This document shows positions 61,600 to 64,000 of a DNA stretch of 64,000 nucleotides, piece by piece. Made by a program: the position numbers and the translations under genes. The stretch's first letter is position 1. Each line of letters opens with the position of its first letter. The notes below the pieces were generated by a model. It had not been told where the DNA came from. It did no database searches and saw only the letters and a program-made list of their open reading frames with translations. The DNA lies in assembly GCA_021817415.1 (NCBI GenBank), contig JAKAUZ010000003.1, forward strand, positions 50,141 to 114,140. Reading direction: 5' to 3'. Source of the stretch: Thermoplasmata archaeon (lineage in GTDB: Archaea; Thermoplasmatota; Thermoplasmata; Thermoplasmatales; GCA-001856825).

Positions 61600-62324
61600 T
61601 CGGAATAGTATCAGCGGGTTTCAATCCGCCATCTTCCCTGACCCTTGAAGAAATAGAATTTCTCAGGAAATGTGAACACATCATAGTTGATACATTCACC
61701 TCTCCATTTTACATGAAAGCATTTGAGGGAAAGAATCTGACTTTTGCAGAAAGGGAAAGACTGGAAGACTTTTCATGGATTTTTGATCTGAGCGGAAATG
61801 TTGGGATAGTTATCTCTGGAGATTCATTCTCTGCTACCACCCACTTCAACATTTACAAGGAGTCCCTGAAACTCAATAGAGATGTCAGAGTATTCCACAA
61901 CGCTACAATTGTTCCCATTGCAGCGACAAGATTCGGCTTGCACCTATATAAAATAGGTCCTATCATCTCACTCCCCAGATTCTCGGACAAATTCAGGCCA
62001 ACCTCACCATACCTGAAAATAATGGAAAATGTGAAGAACGGACTACACTCCATAATACTTCTCGATACAAATCCACCAATGGATCTCAATGAAGCACTTG
62101 ATGAACTGTTATGGCTGGAAAAAGAAATGAAACAGGGGCTGTTTTCAGATGAGATCAAGCTAGGAATAGTCAGTTCACTTGGGATGCAGAATGAAAAAAT
62201 AGTTTATGGCAAAATAAAACAAATTTCCAGTTTGACAGCCACGCCACCGATAACAATAATCCTTCCGGGGGAGCTACACTTCCAGGAAAAGGAGAATTTG
62301 TCATTATTTGAACTTTTTTATTGA
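61596..62324 (+). CDS. dph5: Diphthine synthase
   Basis: GDSFSATTH, GLHLYKIG, NGLHSIILLD, PGELHFQE. Confidence 0.85.
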   Translation: MIGIVSAGFNPPSSLTLEEIEFLRKCEHIIVDTFTSPFYMKAFEGKNLTFAERERLEDFSWIFDLSGNVGIVISGDSFSATTHFNIYKESLKLNRDVRVFHNATIVPIAATRFGLHLYKIGPIISLPRFSDKFRPTSPYLKIMENVKNGLHSIILLDTNPPMDLNEALDELLWLEKEMKQGLFSDEIKLGIVSSLGMQNEKIVYGKIKQISSLTATPPITIILPGELHFQEKENLSLFELFY

Positions 62325-62384
62325 TACTATTAAATCATAAAGATTTATAATGTCTTTAGCATATACGAGAAAGTTGGTGAAATT

Positions 62385-63092
62385 ATGCAGTCAGCACAGA
62401 TGGCTTATGATAGAGCTATTACCGTATTTTCTCCCGATGGACGTTTATTTCAGGTGGAATACGCTAGGGAAGCAGTGAAGAGAGGAACAACTGCCATTGG
62501 TATAACTTACAAAGGTGGCGCTATTCTAGTAGCAGACAAAAGGATCCGTGGCGGATTGGTAGATGACAGAAGCATAGAGAAAATATTCCTGATCGATGGT
62601 CATGTGGGTGCGGCCACTTCTGGTCTAATTGGTGATGCGAGGGTACTTATAGATTATGCAAGAGTTCAGGCTCAATCTGAAAAAGTTACTTATGGACAGG
62701 AGATAACGGTGGAATCTTTGGTTAAAAAGGTTTGTGATCTTCTTCAGCAGTACACACAGTACGGTGGAGTGAGGCCATTTGGAGCTTCTCTTCTGATAGC
62801 TGGAATAGAAGAAACAGGCATTAGGCTATTTGAGACAGACCCATCCGGGTTATCCACTGGGTACAAAGCGGATGCAATCGGAGCCGGGAGGGATGCAGCA
62901 ATGGAAATACTCGAGAAAGAATACAGGGACAATCTGGAACTGAAAGAAGCTGCAGATCTGGCAATCAAGGCACTGAAAGCTGGACTTGAGCAGGGCCAAG
63001 CTCTTGGTACTCTTAGTGTCGGGCTCATAACGAAAGAAGAGAAATTTAAAATTCTCTCTCCCGAAGAATCCAAGAAACTTATTGGAGCCTGA
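62385..63092 (+). CDS. psmA: Proteasome alpha subunit
   Basis: YDRAITVFSPDGRLFQVEYA, RPFG, TDPSG. Confidence 0.97.
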   Translation: MQSAQMAYDRAITVFSPDGRLFQVEYAREAVKRGTTAIGITYKGGAILVADKRIRGGLVDDRSIEKIFLIDGHVGAATSGLIGDARVLIDYARVQAQSEKVTYGQEITVESLVKKVCDLLQQYTQYGGVRPFGASLLIAGIEETGIRLFETDPSGLSTGYKADAIGAGRDAAMEILEKEYRDNLELKEAADLAIKALKAGLEQGQALGTLSVGLITKEEKFKILSPEESKKLIGA

Positions 63093-63103
63093 TGAGGTAA
63101 TTA

Positions 63104-63799
63104 ATGGTAAAAGTAGAAGATGCACTGGTAGCAAGATACGAAACTCATGGACACAGATTTGAGATATTGATAGACGAAAGACTTGTAGACTTGGTCAAAT
63201 CTGGAAAGGAAGTAGACGTTTCTCAGTATCTTGCTGCTGACGTTATTTTCAAGGACAGTGGAAAGGGAGACAAAGCTGGGGAAGAAGTTATAAAAGAAGT
63301 ATTCGGGACGACGGAAATATCTCCAGTGGTAAAGGAGATTATCAAGAGGGGTCAGGTTCAACTGACGACAGAGCAAAGAAGGAAAATGTTAGAAGAGAAG
63401 AGGCGACAGATAGTCGAAATAATATCGAGAGAATCACTGAACCCTCAGGTTGGAGCTCCTCATCCTCCGCAGAGGATAGAAAAGGCAATGGAAGAAGCAA
63501 AAGTAAGGGTAGATCCATTCAAGACTGCTGAAGAACAGGTCCAGGAAGTGTTAAAGGCAATTAGAGTAATCCTCCCAATTAGATTTGAGCACGTCAAAGT
63601 GCAGATCAAGATTCCCGGAGAGGATTATGGTAAAATCTACTCTGAGTTAACAAAATTGGGGCAGATCCATAAGGAAGATTGGGGTAATGACGGCAGTTAC
63701 AATGCCGTGATTGAAATTCCAGCTGGAATTCAGGACCAGCTATTCGATTTTGTGAACAAGAAGACCAAGGGGAATGCGGATATAAAATTGTTGAAATGA
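63104..63799 (+). CDS. Ribosome maturation protein SBDS/Sdo1
   Basis: RFEIL, QLTTEQRR, PHPPQRIEKAM, LPIRF. Confidence 0.95.
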   Translation: MVKVEDALVARYETHGHRFEILIDERLVDLVKSGKEVDVSQYLAADVIFKDSGKGDKAGEEVIKEVFGTTEISPVVKEIIKRGQVQLTTEQRRKMLEEKRRQIVEIISRESLNPQVGAPHPPQRIEKAMEEAKVRVDPFKTAEEQVQEVLKAIRVILPIRFEHVKVQIKIPGEDYGKIYSELTKLGQIHKEDWGNDGSYNAVIEIPAGIQDQLFDFVNKKTKGNADIKLLK

Positions 63800-63808
63800 G
63801 GTGATGTA

Positions 63809-64000
63809 TTGGATATAAGCAAGAAAATCGTGCTGCCGGGAGAAGAGATAGATTTGAACGGCATGAAGCAAGGAAATGGAATATACCATGAGAATGGGAA
63901 ATATTATGCCTACCAGCTGGGAATGCTTCAGGTTTACAATAATTACGTAAATTTGATTCAGCTAAGTGGCAAATACTACCCCGTAAAGAATGACAGAGTG
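63809..64000 (+). CDS. rrp4: Exosome subunit Rrp4, 5' part (runs off window)
   Basis: TTG start after RBS GAGGTGA; IVLPGEEI..G.G..YY...LG..LSGKYYP; conserved psmA-SBDS-rrp4 order. Confidence 0.88.
   Translation, partial: MDISKKIVLPGEEIDLNGMKQGNGIYHENGKYYAYQLGMLQVYNNYVNLIQLSGKYYPVKNDRV

Noticed and set aside
1-64000. CRISPR arrays, rRNA, intact transposases, prophage or canonical defence systems
   Set aside because: No regularly spaced repeats or diagnostic motifs seen by eye

Overview
Gene-dense archaeal chromosomal segment, very probably from Thermoplasmata/Thermoplasmatales. The assignment rests on an HTa-like HU protein, the proteasome alpha-SBDS-Rrp4 cluster, archaeal RibC, AsnA, MptA and PPS, and a split transketolase with transaldolase. 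Most of the window is housekeeping: heat shock, ABC transporters, central carbon metabolism, cofactor synthesis, DNA repair, ValRS and tRNA-Arg(CCT). I saw no CRISPR array, rRNA or intact mobile element. Features missing from the ORF track are: a canonical C/D-box guide sRNA (163-224); a 22-aa basic/acidic micro-ORF overlapping a GNAT-ribL operon (35646-35714); a decayed IS110 N-terminus with upstream stem-loops lying inside the opp cluster; several nested-hairpin intergenic elements; and a partial PduO and a partial Rrp4 at the window edges. The best candidates for an undescribed system are (i) the PspA-less helical-protein/SPFH/YdjG-like zinc-ribbon operon next to a PDZ peptidase (42832-47262) and (ii) the acidic micropeptide locus. 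All family calls come from recognising motifs by eye, with no database searches.
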